Positions 8,153-16,846 of a DNA stretch of 31,845 nucleotides are shown piece by piece. A program made the position numbers and the translations under genes. The notes beneath the pieces were generated by a model that did no database searches, was not told where the DNA came from, and worked only from the letters and a program-made list of their open reading frames with translations. Source of the stretch: a virus (taxonomy: Duplodnaviria; Caudoviricetes); the IMG/VR virus record IMGVR_UViG_3300020045_002087, positions 1 through 31,845 of that record; one strand, written 5' to 3'. Within the stretch, counting starts at the first letter, position 1; every line of letters starts with the position of its first letter.

Positions 8153-8548
8153 CTACGGTTTTTTAGACCAGTAGATGGTGTTGGGCGGGGGCAGATCATC
8201 CCGCACCACTGAATTATATTCCCTCCCACCGGGGGACACGTAAATGAACGATCCTTTGGCACTCCCCTTCATGGTGACGATATTCACCCCCTGCACCGTA
8301 GGCTGGGATGGTTTGGGGCTGAACATGGGTGTCCATTCAGCGTCAGGAGTGATCGGCCCCACCCGGCTCATAGGGTAGCTTTGGGCAGAGGAGCCGTAGC
8401 CTACCAGTGAATGATTCACGGTGCTCACATATCCGGGGTAGGACACAGGGCCACGGAATCCGCCAAATGGGCCACGGTAACCATTTATGGGGCCACCCGC
8501 CATGGCATTGCTTGCCACCAGTAACGCTATCAGGATTGTCTTCTTCAT
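8153..8548 (-). CDS. Exported protein with Sec-type signal peptide
   Basis: MKKTILIALLVASNAMA; first gene after promoter P3. Confidence 0.7.
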   Translation of the reverse strand: MKKTILIALLVASNAMAGGPINGYRGPFGGFRGPVSYPGYVSTVNHSLVGYGSSAQSYPMSRVGPITPDAEWTPMFSPKPSQPTVQGVNIVTMKGSAKGSFIYVSPGGREYNSVVRDDLPPPNTIYWSKKP

Positions 8549-8551
8549 CTC

Positions 8552-8563
8552 GCCCTCCTTGGC
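8552..8563 (-). promoter_or_regulatory. SD hairpin (CsrA/RsmA-type site)
   Basis: GCC-AAGGAG-GGC. Confidence 0.65.
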
Positions 8564-8565
8564 AG

Positions 8566-8579
8566 TGAAATTAATTGCA
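8566..8579. repeat. 14-bp palindrome/operator just downstream of P3
   Basis: TGAAATTAATTGCA. Confidence 0.75.
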
Positions 8580-8587
8580 CTGACCCT

Positions 8588-8615
8588 ATGATACCCGTTT
8601 TCAAAAGTTTGTCAA
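8588..8615 (-). promoter_or_regulatory. Repeated sigma70-like promoter P3
   Basis: TTGACA-AACTTTTGAAAACGGG-TATCAT. Confidence 0.85.
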
Positions 8616-8621
8616 GCGGTG

Positions 8622-8858
8622 CTACTTGCCCAACCACACGATCTTGAAATACTGCTTGACTTCATTGTCCCACTGCACTAGCCCCATCTGAGCCAGCCTC
8701 CCGAGGATCGAGGATTTAGTCCGCTCAAGAGCAAAGGCCAGATCATTGATCGCGGCCCCTCCCTCAAACTGCACCCGGAGGAATTCCTTGTCCTCGCTCG
8801 ACCATTCGGTATGGTGTTTGGCCGGTGCGCTCACGACATGTCCCACGATTCGCGCCAC
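8622..8858 (-). CDS. Small helix-turn-helix-like protein
   Basis: WSSEDKEFL...INDLAFALERTKSSILGRLAQMGL. Confidence 0.6.
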   Translation of the reverse strand: MARIVGHVVSAPAKHHTEWSSEDKEFLRVQFEGGAAINDLAFALERTKSSILGRLAQMGLVQWDNEVKQYFKIVWLGK

Positions 8859-9790
8859 CCCTCAAACTGACTAAAGCGAGGTTTGCCCCCGGTCTTCACG
8901 GCTGGCTTGAACTTGTAGCGCATGATCTTGCCGATGTACTTGGCCTTGTTGTTCCACACCTCGTCCTGTAGCTTCACCGTGGGCACTGGCATTCTGAACT
9001 CGATTCCGGTGTGGATGTCTCGAACGACGAACACCCCGGCGCGGCCTGAGCCTACCTTGTTCTCTTGATGGGATGACTTCTTCTTGAAGCCAAGTTCATT
9101 GACCACGGAGGGGTTGTTATTCACCTCCCCTTCAAGGATGTCCAGAATCAGGGCTTCACTGGTAAGCCAAGGGACGTAGCGCATGAATCCGCCTTCCTTG
9201 GCTGTGCTGCGCCCCTGCTTATAGCGGAGGTTGGGAGCACGAAGCACCAAGCCCTCATAGCCCAAGGTCAGGGACTCCAGACCGTACTCCTTCACATCTC
9301 CGACGGACTTCATTATTCGGAAGGGGACGACCTCGATAAATGGCACCAAGGAAGCCTGTACAAGCTCTTGGCGCACCTGAAGCCGTGCAATGAAGGGAAG
9401 GGTAGGGTGGAACACGTCGAACGCATGGAGGATCACGTCAGGCATTCCGTCGCCAGAACCTACGCCAGAGGTGGTATTGACGAAGACATTCTCGTCATGG
9501 AATGCGCCGACAACCAGTTCCCCTTCAAGACCATTAAGGCACTCATGGCTGAAGAGCCGGGAAGTGTGCTTATTGCGGATGGGCTTGAGGGATCGGGCCA
9601 GCAATACGCTGGATTGGATGCCTCCGCGCACACCATTCAGCTTGGGCAGGGCGATAAGCGATCCCTGCGTTTTGAAGTCCCACTCTGACTCGGAGAAGTC
9701 TGCCGCCAGATTCGGGCTGAAGGTTCCGAGCGATGGTGCTGCCTCAGGCTTCAATGCGGTTTGCGGCTTCTTGATGAACGTGATTGCCAT
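8831..9790 (-). CDS. ATP-dependent DNA ligase (small viral type)
   Basis: PKLNGVR (motif I), LEGELV, AFDV, EGLVLR, YKQGRS, C-terminal PRF; AAAGGAG SD before ATG 9790. Confidence 0.9.
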   Translation of the reverse strand: MAITFIKKPQTALKPEAAPSLGTFSPNLAADFSESEWDFKTQGSLIALPKLNGVRGGIQSSVLLARSLKPIRNKHTSRLFSHECLNGLEGELVVGAFHDENVFVNTTSGVGSGDGMPDVILHAFDVFHPTLPFIARLQVRQELVQASLVPFIEVVPFRIMKSVGDVKEYGLESLTLGYEGLVLRAPNLRYKQGRSTAKEGGFMRYVPWLTSEALILDILEGEVNNNPSVVNELGFKKKSSHQENKVGSGRAGVFVVRDIHTGIEFRMPVPTVKLQDEVWNNKAKYIGKIMRYKFKPAVKTGGKPRFSQFEGWRESWDMS

Positions 9791-10253
9791 GGTGCTCCTT
9801 TCGTAGATATTCTTCCGGGTCATCGGTGAAGATTCCCCGCCATTGATAGTTGTCAAGAATCCCATACATCCCAGACTCCTGCATCACCAGTTCCAGATAC
9901 TCCGTCTTGAATGGGATTCCTCGGTAGGCTGATCCTGCTGAGTGCCAAGTAGGGTCGATCATCTTACCATCAGCATCCAGAATCCAAGCATGATGCACAG
10001 CGATGGGGGCGAACTCCAGCAGTGCAAACCCTTCCACGTAGGTCAGGGATTCATCGGACAGCACCAGCCGTGCAGAGTTGGAGAAGCACTCCTTGTCCGT
10101 CATCTTGCGGTAGCCGGGGGGTCGGAGGCGTGGCTCGAAGTCAAGTCCATGGTCTATCACCAGCTTGTGGATGGATAGGCCATGGTTCATGGGATTGCAC
10201 TGCACCATCAGGTCGTGCATCTGCCGCATTTGTGCCATCAGTTCAGTAGTCAT
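9744..10253 (-). CDS. Putative transglutaminase/papain-like Cys-His-Asp protein
   Basis: KECFSNS, YVEG, HHAW, IDPTW, YRGIPF. Confidence 0.6.
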   Translation of the reverse strand: MTTELMAQMRQMHDLMVQCNPMNHGLSIHKLVIDHGLDFEPRLRPPGYRKMTDKECFSNSARLVLSDESLTYVEGFALLEFAPIAVHHAWILDADGKMIDPTWHSAGSAYRGIPFKTEYLELVMQESGMYGILDNYQWRGIFTDDPEEYLRKEHHGNHVHQEAANRIEA

Positions 10254-10500
10254 CACTGCGCCCGTTCTTCTTGTAATCAGCCACCAGCTTGTGCTCAAGC
10301 TCCAACCACTCTGCCTTGGTCAGCTTGGCTTCCATGAACTTGCAAGGCTTGTCCCGCAAGGTTGCTATCTCTATGTCCTCTGCCCAATACCCGTTGATCC
10401 CCACGGAGTAATCAGGAAAGCACACCACTCCCTTGACGAGAACTGGGAAGCCCCCCTTGACGGTGGTTTCCACGCTGTAATGTGTTGAGTATCTGCCCAT
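10243..10500 (-). CDS. Hypothetical protein
   Basis: First gene after P4, with SD hairpin. Confidence 0.75.
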   Translation of the reverse strand: MGRYSTHYSVETTVKGGFPVLVKGVVCFPDYSVGINGYWAEDIEIATLRDKPCKFMEAKLTKAEWLELEHKLVADYKKNGRSDDY

Positions 10501-10503
10501 CTC

Positions 10504-10517
10504 GCACCTCCTTGTGC
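10504..10517 (-). promoter_or_regulatory. SD hairpin (CsrA/RsmA-type site)
   Basis: GCAC-AAGGAG-GTGC. Confidence 0.7.
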
Positions 10518-10519
10518 CG

Positions 10520-10533
10520 TGCAGTTGATTGCA
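10520..10533. repeat. 14-bp palindrome/operator downstream of P4
   Basis: TGCAGTTGATTGCA. Confidence 0.65.
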
Positions 10534-10545
10534 CCCGATACCTGA

Positions 10546-10573
10546 ATGATACCAGAATCGGGTAGTTTGTCAA
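10546..10573 (-). promoter_or_regulatory. Repeated sigma70-like promoter P4
   Basis: TTGACA-AACTACCCGATTCTGG-TATCAT. Confidence 0.85.
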
Positions 10574-10576
10574 GGA

Positions 10577-10768
10577 TTATCGCACGACGTAATAGGCACG
10601 GGATTCCCCGAGGCTGAAAATTTCCCCGGTAGCCGTATTGATGAATCCGGGCTTGCCGTTCCCCAGAGTGGCTTTTTCGATAGGGGCGTGGTAGTCCCGT
10701 TCGGTCGTGGCGAGGAAGGATTGCACCGCAGAAATGGAGTCGAAAACGATGTTTTGGAGAACGAGCAT
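10577..10768 (-). CDS. Hypothetical protein
   Basis: TAAGGA SD; sole gene between P5 and P4. Confidence 0.7.
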   Translation of the reverse strand: MLVLQNIVFDSISAVQSFLATTERDYHAPIEKATLGNGKPGFINTATGEIFSLGESRAYYVVR

Positions 10769-10797
10769 GGCAGTCCTTAGGGGGTGGGAGTTCCATA

Positions 10798-10825
10798 AGG
10801 TTACCAGAATTTAGAAGTTTGTCAA
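10798..10825 (-). promoter_or_regulatory. Repeated sigma70-like promoter P5
   Basis: TTGACA-AACTTCTAAATTCTGG-TAACCT. Confidence 0.8.
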
Positions 10826-11259
10826 GCGAGTTTCAACAGCACCTTGTTGCGCCTGTTCAGGGCGTCACGCATTCCCTCCTCCAAGTCCTGCCGGTTGAAT
10901 GTCTGGTACAGGGAGATGAAGGCCGGGACTACCTCGTCCATCACTTTGAGTTCATCCCCGGTAGCTCCCCATTTGCCTGTCCTTGTTTCCCTGTCCTTCA
11001 CGGAGTTGATTACACGGAAGGCTTGCTGCATCAACAGTAGGGCTTCCCGGCTCCCTTCTACGGCTGGTTTGCATGCGGCGAAGAACATGATCAAGTCCAT
11101 GCCAATCCGTGCGTTATAGAATCCTTGGCGGAGGGCTGTAACTGCCATGCGAGCTTTTGTTTCAATTTGTTGCTGCTGGGTGATAGGAAGGGGTAGGTTG
11201 CCCCCTGCCATCGCTTTGTGGGGCTGATACGCCCTTCTTGGCTTCTTGGTCTTAGACAT
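10822..11259 (-). CDS. Hypothetical phage protein (RTGKWGATGDEL motif)
   Basis: Basic N-terminus; motif recalled from betaproteobacterial prophage proteins. Confidence 0.7.
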   Translation of the reverse strand: MSKTKKPRRAYQPHKAMAGGNLPLPITQQQQIETKARMAVTALRQGFYNARIGMDLIMFFAACKPAVEGSREALLLMQQAFRVINSVKDRETRTGKWGATGDELKVMDEVVPAFISLYQTFNRQDLEEGMRDALNRRNKVLLKLA

Positions 11260-11773
11260 CGAGTTCATCCCTCCAGAGGTGCGGGTGGTCAGAGTAAATG
11301 GGGCCGATGTGCCCACTAGGGTATCCATCCAGCACCCCCATGAACCCCATCCTCATTGCCCAATCCATCGCGTACCCCTTCTTGATCGGTACGCCCAAAT
11401 ACTTGGCTCGGGGGTTGGCCTGAACCTTGGGCATTGTAGGATCAACGATGTAGCCATCCCGAGTAGAGCACCATCCGTGCCCAAGAGGGTAAGCCACCCC
11501 ATCATCCCCGGTGATCAGCACTACCCCCTCGCAGTAGATCAGGTTGCATTGGGAGGCTACTTGAAACGCTGCATCGTAGCACCGCGAATTCGGAAAGAGT
11601 GGCGTAGTCAGGTCGTGCGGCCTGTTCTTGAAGATCGTGCCGAACTTCAGCGAGAAGGGCTGGAACAGCTTGGCCCTTGCTATCTCGCATTCAAGATCAA
11701 TCCTCAGGCAAATACCCTCGGTCACGAAATAGTCCTTGTAGTTCATTGGTCTGTGTGCGATCCCGGTAACCAT
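11252..11773 (-). CDS. Putative Cys-His-Asp protein, paralog of 9744-10253
   Basis: RCYDAA, YCEG, GHGW, VDPT, YLGVPI; TAGGAG SD before ATG 11773. Confidence 0.65.
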   Translation of the reverse strand: MVTGIAHRPMNYKDYFVTEGICLRIDLECEIARAKLFQPFSLKFGTIFKNRPHDLTTPLFPNSRCYDAAFQVASQCNLIYCEGVVLITGDDGVAYPLGHGWCSTRDGYIVDPTMPKVQANPRAKYLGVPIKKGYAMDWAMRMGFMGVLDGYPSGHIGPIYSDHPHLWRDELDV

Positions 11774-11781
11774 CAGTGCTC

Positions 11782-12459
11782 CTATATCAAGTGCATTCGT
11801 TTTGCCATCCAGAAGTACGCAGCATAAGCAGGGTAGATTCTCACCAAGGGGAACTCCTGAAGCACATCCAAGAATAGTCCTGCCACTGCCCCTTGGGGTA
11901 CGGAAGAGTGCCTCCATACCCGTGTGTAAATGGGATTGGAATCCCCCTCCTCGGATACTGCCACCTTCTCCTTGAAGTAGGTGGTTGTCTCCATCTTCCA
12001 GTCCAATGGGTCGGATGACATGGGGGCGGTTACGGGTGTGTCTTCGGTCAGGATGCAGGTCAGGGTATGGTGGGGGCTGGATCGGATTGCTCCGGTCTCG
12101 GGGCCACCTACCAGAACCAGTTGATTTAGGTCGGGGCCTGCCACCACCATCTTAGTTACTGGGCCACCAAGGTGATGCACTGACTGGGTGACCCCCTCAG
12201 ACACCTGAGGACATTCCCCCAGCGTTATCCTGTCAGTGAGCCACTTGATCGCCATCGCCTCGCTCGTCGGCTGGAGGCCAGAGTCTAACAGGTACTTATC
12301 CACCTCTGCGAACAAGGTAACCCCTGTGATGAATCTGGCGCGGATGGTGTAAGTCATGTTCCAGTGGTTCATCATCACTTCTGTCTCTTGAATCATCTTG
12401 CAGGCTCCCCACATCTGTTGCAGGTTGTCTATCAAGTGGTGAGACTGGATCATTGCCAT
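11782..12459 (-). CDS. Hypothetical protein
   Basis: GAGGAG SD before ATG 12459. Confidence 0.7.
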   Translation of the reverse strand: MAMIQSHHLIDNLQQMWGACKMIQETEVMMNHWNMTYTIRARFITGVTLFAEVDKYLLDSGLQPTSEAMAIKWLTDRITLGECPQVSEGVTQSVHHLGGPVTKMVVAGPDLNQLVLVGGPETGAIRSSPHHTLTCILTEDTPVTAPMSSDPLDWKMETTTYFKEKVAVSEEGDSNPIYTRVWRHSSVPQGAVAGLFLDVLQEFPLVRIYPAYAAYFWMAKRMHLI

Positions 12460-12749
12460 GATTTTCTCCTCAGCTTCTTGGGGACTGGGACTTCGTTTCG
12501 GGTAAGGTAGTCGGTGAGGGCGGGGCATTCGTGCCAGTCTTCACGACCATCCACAACTTCACACTCAAGACCATTATCCACATAGCAGTGGCTACAACTG
12601 CGACACTCGCCCCAAGCATTATCATTGAAATGATCGGTAATGAACTCCATTCCCTGACAGCTACCACCCCCAAGACGATGAGGGAAGCGGTAAGCGCGGC
12701 AGTTGCAATTAATTTCACCGGGCCTACGCTTTCGTTTCTTCTTTGCCAC
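12450..12749 (-). CDS. Cys-rich basic protein
   Basis: CNCRAYRFPHRLGGGSC...CRSCSHC. Confidence 0.65.
   Translation of the reverse strand: MAKKKRKRRPGEINCNCRAYRFPHRLGGGSCQGMEFITDHFNDNAWGECRSCSHCYVDNGLECEVVDGREDWHECPALTDYLTRNEVPVPKKLRRKSWQ
12704..12717. repeat. 14-bp palindrome copy (intragenic)
   Basis: TGCAATTAATTTCA. Confidence 0.7.
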
Positions 12750-12750
12750 A

Positions 12751-13167
12751 TTACTTGCCCCTCTTGCTCTTTCTTTTGGCCTCGTTATACGCCTCGCCGG
12801 GATTGACCCGCTTACCCTTCTTTCCCCATGGGGCCGTGGGCTTCACGTATCCGAGGGCAGCGTCCAATTCTTTCTTGGTCACCGGCCCTTGGTATGGGTA
12901 GGTGAGTCTCATCGTGTCCCCTTGCTTCAATAGTCCGCTGGACACCACCTGCTCTATGGATTTCATGAAGCTCTCCTGCGAGGTCTCCATGGCGATGATA
13001 CGGCGCTCACGATCATAGGCTTCAATGAAGTGCCTACGCCCCGTGCATCTGGGCATGAGGATCATCAGGCCCTCACAATGAGCCAATGCCACGGCGAGGC
13101 TCAGGGTGGGTTTGCTGGTCGTTCTGAAGTGCTGGATGATCTGTTCCGGGGTCATGCCTGCAAACAT
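12751..13167 (-). CDS. Hypothetical protein
   Basis: TAATG coupling with the upstream gene. Confidence 0.7.
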   Translation of the reverse strand: MFAGMTPEQIIQHFRTTSKPTLSLAVALAHCEGLMILMPRCTGRRHFIEAYDRERRIIAMETSQESFMKSIEQVVSSGLLKQGDTMRLTYPYQGPVTKKELDAALGYVKPTAPWGKKGKRVNPGEAYNEAKRKSKRGK

Positions 13168-13559
13168 TACCTTCTCCCTGACAACCCTAATTCATAGGCT
13201 TTGCGGATGGCGGTTGCCACATCCATCTTGCGCTGCTTGAAGGCCGAAGCCAGCTTGTTCAGTTCGTCCTGAATGGAGTCACCCTCCATGAAATACTGGC
13301 ACACCACCGATTCATAGAGAGCCACCCGGCGACCACGGGCCTGCGGTGATGTCGATGGGCAGGTTCCAATGTTCCGCACCGAATTCGAGTCAATGAGCAC
13401 CGTCTTGAAGACCGGCCCCAGAGACTTGGGGGAGTCTGCCACAGGCAACCCTTTGGAGTAGCACCAGTTGAACGCTTGGGCACAGGTGAATTGCTCCGTG
13501 TGCTTGGCGTACTCGATCAGTAGCCCTCGGGCATGATCCTGCCAGCTTGCATCGCTCAT
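13167..13559 (-). CDS. Hypothetical protein (possible winged-helix)
   Basis: ATGA overlap; operon packing. Confidence 0.7.
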   Translation of the reverse strand: MSDASWQDHARGLLIEYAKHTEQFTCAQAFNWCYSKGLPVADSPKSLGPVFKTVLIDSNSVRNIGTCPSTSPQARGRRVALYESVVCQYFMEGDSIQDELNKLASAFKQRKMDVATAIRKAYELGLSGRR

Positions 13560-13996
13560 AGCACGAGAACCTGCACCGAGTTACGGGCTTCAACTATCTT
13601 GGTCTTGGCCTGTTTGGGGCCGAAGAACTTCCTGCAATGACCAGCCAAGCAACCAGACAAGGCCGTCAATGGTACGCCGGGAGGTGCGACGAACTCGCAG
13701 AATTGGCCTGACTTCAGCTTGCCAAGATTCTCCTTGATCTCCAGACTCGTGTAATCGTACAACTTCTTCCACTTCTTGGGAACCACGGGGGGTTTCACCT
13801 CCAGTGATCCAAAGGTCTCCCCTGTGATCGGGAGCCGGATAGCGAACTCGCACCCCATCCCGGCCAACCGGGTACGGATACGAGCGATCTCGTCCAGTTG
13901 AATCTCGCTCAGTCCGCTACCCGCTGTCTGGGCCATTGGTGTGTTCTTCTTTGGCACCAGTTGGATCGTCTTTACTTTGGCTACGGGATTCATCAC
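13556..13996 (-). CDS. Hypothetical protein
   Basis: Coupled ORF, GGAG SD. Confidence 0.7.
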   Translation of the reverse strand: MMNPVAKVKTIQLVPKKNTPMAQTAGSGLSEIQLDEIARIRTRLAGMGCEFAIRLPITGETFGSLEVKPPVVPKKWKKLYDYTSLEIKENLGKLKSGQFCEFVAPPGVPLTALSGCLAGHCRKFFGPKQAKTKIVEARNSVQVLVL

Positions 13997-14289
13997 ATCT
14001 CCAATTGAGGATTGCGAAGTACCTCACGGCGGTTCTCATGCCGATCGGCTTCAAAGTTGGCGGCTTGTCGCTGGTAGGCTTTGTCGATGCCCCGATCCTG
14101 CGCGTACTTCAACCCGGCTTCAAAGGTCTGGAACTGGGTGATCACCAGCTTGGTTCCCCTGATATGGGTTGGGGTGTCGGTGTCGTCATCATTACGGATG
14201 GCGGAATGCACGGTTATCCAGAACATGCCGTACTTCAGGAATTGGATGGCCCAATAGGCCCCCTTGGTTACAAAGATGATTCTATACAT
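13993..14289 (-). CDS. Hypothetical protein
   Basis: GGAGG SD. Confidence 0.7.
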   Translation of the reverse strand: MYRIIFVTKGAYWAIQFLKYGMFWITVHSAIRNDDDTDTPTHIRGTKLVITQFQTFEAGLKYAQDRGIDKAYQRQAANFEADRHENRREVLRNPQLEM

Positions 14290-14297
14290 GCTGCCTC

Positions 14298-14525
14298 CTA
14301 GCGGTATTGAAAGTGGGAAAAGTACATTGCATTCTTCGCTACACGGCGTTGGTCTGGGGTTACAAAGCAGTAATCCACATTGAACAGCTTGGATGCCAGC
14401 ACCTTGTATTCGTCGGTCGGCACCCCATGGGTTTCAAGGGACTTTTCCTTGTCCTCTTCGGTTGCCAGATGGGGAAGCCCTAGCATCTTACGGGCGTGGT
14501 CGTCGTATCGGGTAGCTTGCTTCAT
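14298..14525 (-). CDS. Small protein resembling the family A DNA polymerase fingers/O-helix fragment
   Basis: DEYKVLASKLFNV....VTPDQRRVAK; AGGAGG SD before ATG 14525. Confidence 0.6.
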   Translation of the reverse strand: MKQATRYDDHARKMLGLPHLATEEDKEKSLETHGVPTDEYKVLASKLFNVDYCFVTPDQRRVAKNAMYFSHFQYR

Positions 14526-14533
14526 TGGGCCTC

Positions 14534-14767
14534 CTAGTTGGCGTGGCACAGGACATACCGTGCCAATAGTTGATCTACGAAGAACACCTCGATCACGGTC
14601 ACGCCATGGTCAAAGCGGGTCACATCCACGAACTTCTCTGGGTACTCTTCCCGGATGCGCTTCACTGCCCTCCCCAGAGCGGAGGCGTAGGAGAACCCGG
14701 CATAAACCATCACCTTCTCGATCTTCTTGGTGTTGGGCAATCGCAATTGGAGCACAAAGTTGTTCAA
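14534..14767 (-). CDS. Hypothetical protein
   Basis: Probable TTG start overlapping the upstream TGA. Confidence 0.55.
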   Translation of the reverse strand: MNNFVLQLRLPNTKKIEKVMVYAGFSYASALGRAVKRIREEYPEKFVDVTRFDHGVTVIEVFFVDQLLARYVLCHAN

Positions 14768-14985
14768 TCCAACACCCCCGGCACGATGTCTTCCCACAAC
14801 AGGCACCCGGTATGCAGGTTCTCTTCATCCCCGCCCTTGCGCCAAACGTCCTGAATCACCCCCTCGTGGTGGATGGTCAAGGTCACTGTGACATCCGACT
14901 CTGGAATCTCGGGGGATTCCACGCGGACTTCGGCTACTTCTTGCCATGTGTTGCCGCCGTCAAGCGACACTCTGATTGTGCTCAT
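14764..14985 (-). CDS. Hypothetical protein
   Basis: ATGA overlap. Confidence 0.7.
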   Translation of the reverse strand: MSTIRVSLDGGNTWQEVAEVRVESPEIPESDVTVTLTIHHEGVIQDVWRKGGDEENLHTGCLLWEDIVPGVLD

Positions 14986-15182
14986 GCTTTCCCTTTCAAA
15001 CAGTCCAAGTTCTGCTTATTCACCCTAGCCGCCAGCTTCAACTTCTTCTTCAGGTACTTGGTTGCCCGTTCCATGTCTTTTATGGCCGTAGTGGTCTCCT
15101 GCTCATACGTCAGGAAGTCATCAAATGTGACAGCTATATCCACCGAGCGCCCGACTTTGACCGTGTAAGTTCTGGCCTTCAT
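14982..15182 (-). CDS. Hypothetical protein
   Basis: TAATG coupling. Confidence 0.65.
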   Translation of the reverse strand: MKARTYTVKVGRSVDIAVTFDDFLTYEQETTTAIKDMERATKYLKKKLKLAARVNKQNLDCLKGKA

Positions 15183-15475
15183 TACATCGCACCTTCGTAG
15201 TTCTTCACGGTAGCCATCTGGCCTTGTGACTTGTTCGGCTCTTGAATTTCAGTGATCGTGGGCATCTCAACGAATCCGAGTTCCCGCAGGTGCTTGCAGG
15301 GCTTGCGAATTCCCCCTTTGGCGTGAATCCAAGCTGGGCACGAACAACGACCGTTGGTGAGATCGACGCGATACATCTTGTTCGGGTTGGATTTGGACTT
15401 GACTTCCACAACAATGCAGGAGCCGTCAGCGTTCTTGGCGTTACTGAAGATCGAGGATTCTGCGTACTGTCTCAT
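15182..15475 (-). CDS. SWIM zinc-finger protein
   Basis: YRVDLTNGRCSCPAW...PCKHL (CxC..CxH); start moved to ATG 15475. Confidence 0.8.
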   Translation of the reverse strand: MRQYAESSIFSNAKNADGSCIVVEVKSKSNPNKMYRVDLTNGRCSCPAWIHAKGGIRKPCKHLRELGFVEMPTITEIQEPNKSQGQMATVKNYEGAM

Positions 15476-15478
15476 GAT

Positions 15479-15490
15479 GCCCTCCGTGGC
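15479..15490 (-). promoter_or_regulatory. SD hairpin (CsrA/RsmA-type site)
   Basis: GCC-ACGGAG-GGC. Confidence 0.65.
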
Positions 15491-15513
15491 GGTGAATGAG
15501 TGTCGATGTACAA

Positions 15514-15541
15514 ATGATACCAGAATCCAAAAGTTTGTCAA
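15514..15541 (-). promoter_or_regulatory. Repeated sigma70-like promoter P6
   Basis: TTGACA-AACTTTTGGATTCTGG-TATCAT. Confidence 0.85.
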
Positions 15542-15549
15542 TAGGAATT

Positions 15550-15563
15550 TGCAGTTAATTGCA
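15550..15563. repeat. 14-bp palindrome/operator upstream of the P6 -35
   Basis: TGCAGTTAATTGCA. Confidence 0.75.
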
Positions 15564-16004
15564 CTAGAGAAGTACGACCGATCTGGACTCCCTGACCGGC
15601 AGCTTCTCGGCCCCTTCCAGTGCTTCATCGTGCCTGAGTCGATACGGTAGCAGGGAGTAGAACACCGTTGCGTACTCCAGCTTTGCCACCCACTCAAGAG
15701 ACTCATGCGTCCCGGTATGAGTGGTGCTGGACTTGTACTGTAGGAAGAGTCCGAACTTCTTGAATACCCACCCATTCGGCTTGGCCGGTTCTTTGGAGCC
15801 TTCGAGTCCCAACTCCCGGTAGATAGTGTTCATCAGTTCCGCCTGTGCAGCGATGACCCTCTGTGCTTTCTCGATAGGCACCCCATCCAGAACATCCCCC
15901 AAGCTGTTGGCAATATCCACGGAGCCATCGGGCCGGTTGCCGAAGATGAACCAGTTTCCGCCCATCTTCTCGTCAATGTACTTCTCACGGCAAGGGTAGT
16001 TCAT
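15564..16004 (-). CDS. Hypothetical protein
   Basis: GGAGG SD. Confidence 0.7.
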   Translation of the reverse strand: MNYPCREKYIDEKMGGNWFIFGNRPDGSVDIANSLGDVLDGVPIEKAQRVIAAQAELMNTIYRELGLEGSKEPAKPNGWVFKKFGLFLQYKSSTTHTGTHESLEWVAKLEYATVFYSLLPYRLRHDEALEGAEKLPVRESRSVVLL

Positions 16005-16007
16005 AAC

Positions 16008-16196
16008 TTATCCTCCCATCAAATAGTTGCCCCGTTGAACCGGGCGATTGGCTTGCTCTGCTTTTTGCTTGGCTTCCCATGCGGTCACGCCCTTACGGCA
16101 GCGGGTGCATTTGCCATCGTACTCGGAGCCGTAACCCTTGCCGCACTTGCATACGATGCGCCCTGATCGTGGGCTACGCTGCTGACTGAAGTTCAT
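16008..16196 (-). CDS. Small Zn-ribbon protein
   Basis: CKCG...CTRC. Confidence 0.6.
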   Translation of the reverse strand: MNFSQQRSPRSGRIVCKCGKGYGSEYDGKCTRCRKGVTAWEAKQKAEQANRPVQRGNYLMGG

Positions 16197-16845
16197 CAGG
16201 GTTCCTTCCACCTGTGTGGGCGTACTCCGACTCGAACCAACTCAAGTCGAGGTCGGCATCTGCCACGTTCCCAAGCTGATGAATCTTGCACCCGCAACTC
16301 CAGATGACCCCATCAGGATCAACAGTCATGCTGTCACACACGCAACTTCCCATGTGCTTGGAGATCGGGATTCCTCGGGCCGGGTCAGCGGCTCGCCCCC
16401 ATGGGCCTATGTGCTTCACGGTGCGAATATCCACCAGAGCGGCATCCCCATGCGTTCCTGTCAGCGCCTTGAATCTCCTAATCACGTCCTCGTGGATAGG
16501 ATCGTGCCATTCGTCTTGGGACAGTTCCACCTGAAGGGGAATTCCACGCTCCACCATGTCAAGGAGTTTGTGGGCCTTCCCGTGCATCTTCCCATTGGTG
16601 ATGATGAGGGGAGGTAGCTCCAGTCCCCCCTTCCTGTGGCGCTCTGCGGCGTACTGCACCATGTCGAGGCAGTGCTTGTTGATCGTTGGCTCCCCACCCC
16701 CAAGGGTCACATACTCCCCCAGCCGCTCAGTAAGTTCCATGGCCTGAACGAAGGTTTCCCGGCTCATGTCGGTGCCCTTGGCTGTGGCCGCGAAACAGCA
16801 ATGAGGGCAGAGCATGTTGCAGCGTGTGCTCAACTGTAAATAAAT
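16174..16845 (-). CDS. Radical SAM protein with short SPASM/twitch-like tail (probable ATT start)
   Basis: CNMLCPHC, GGGEPT, ITNG, C....VDPDG.IWSC. Confidence 0.88.
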   Translation of the reverse strand: MYLQLSTRCNMLCPHCCFAATAKGTDMSRETFVQAMELTERLGEYVTLGGGEPTINKHCLDMVQYAAERHRKGGLELPPLIITNGKMHGKAHKLLDMVERGIPLQVELSQDEWHDPIHEDVIRRFKALTGTHGDAALVDIRTVKHIGPWGRAADPARGIPISKHMGSCVCDSMTVDPDGVIWSCGCKIHQLGNVADADLDLSWFESEYAHTGGRNPDELQSAA

Positions 16846-16846
16846 T

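Noticed and set aside
15476-15775. N-terminal 100 aa of the ORF-track 197-aa SWIM protein (and similar extensions on thyX, ligase, PTP and MazG)
   Set aside because: The extensions cross promoters or overlap upstream genes; SD-supported downstream starts were used instead.
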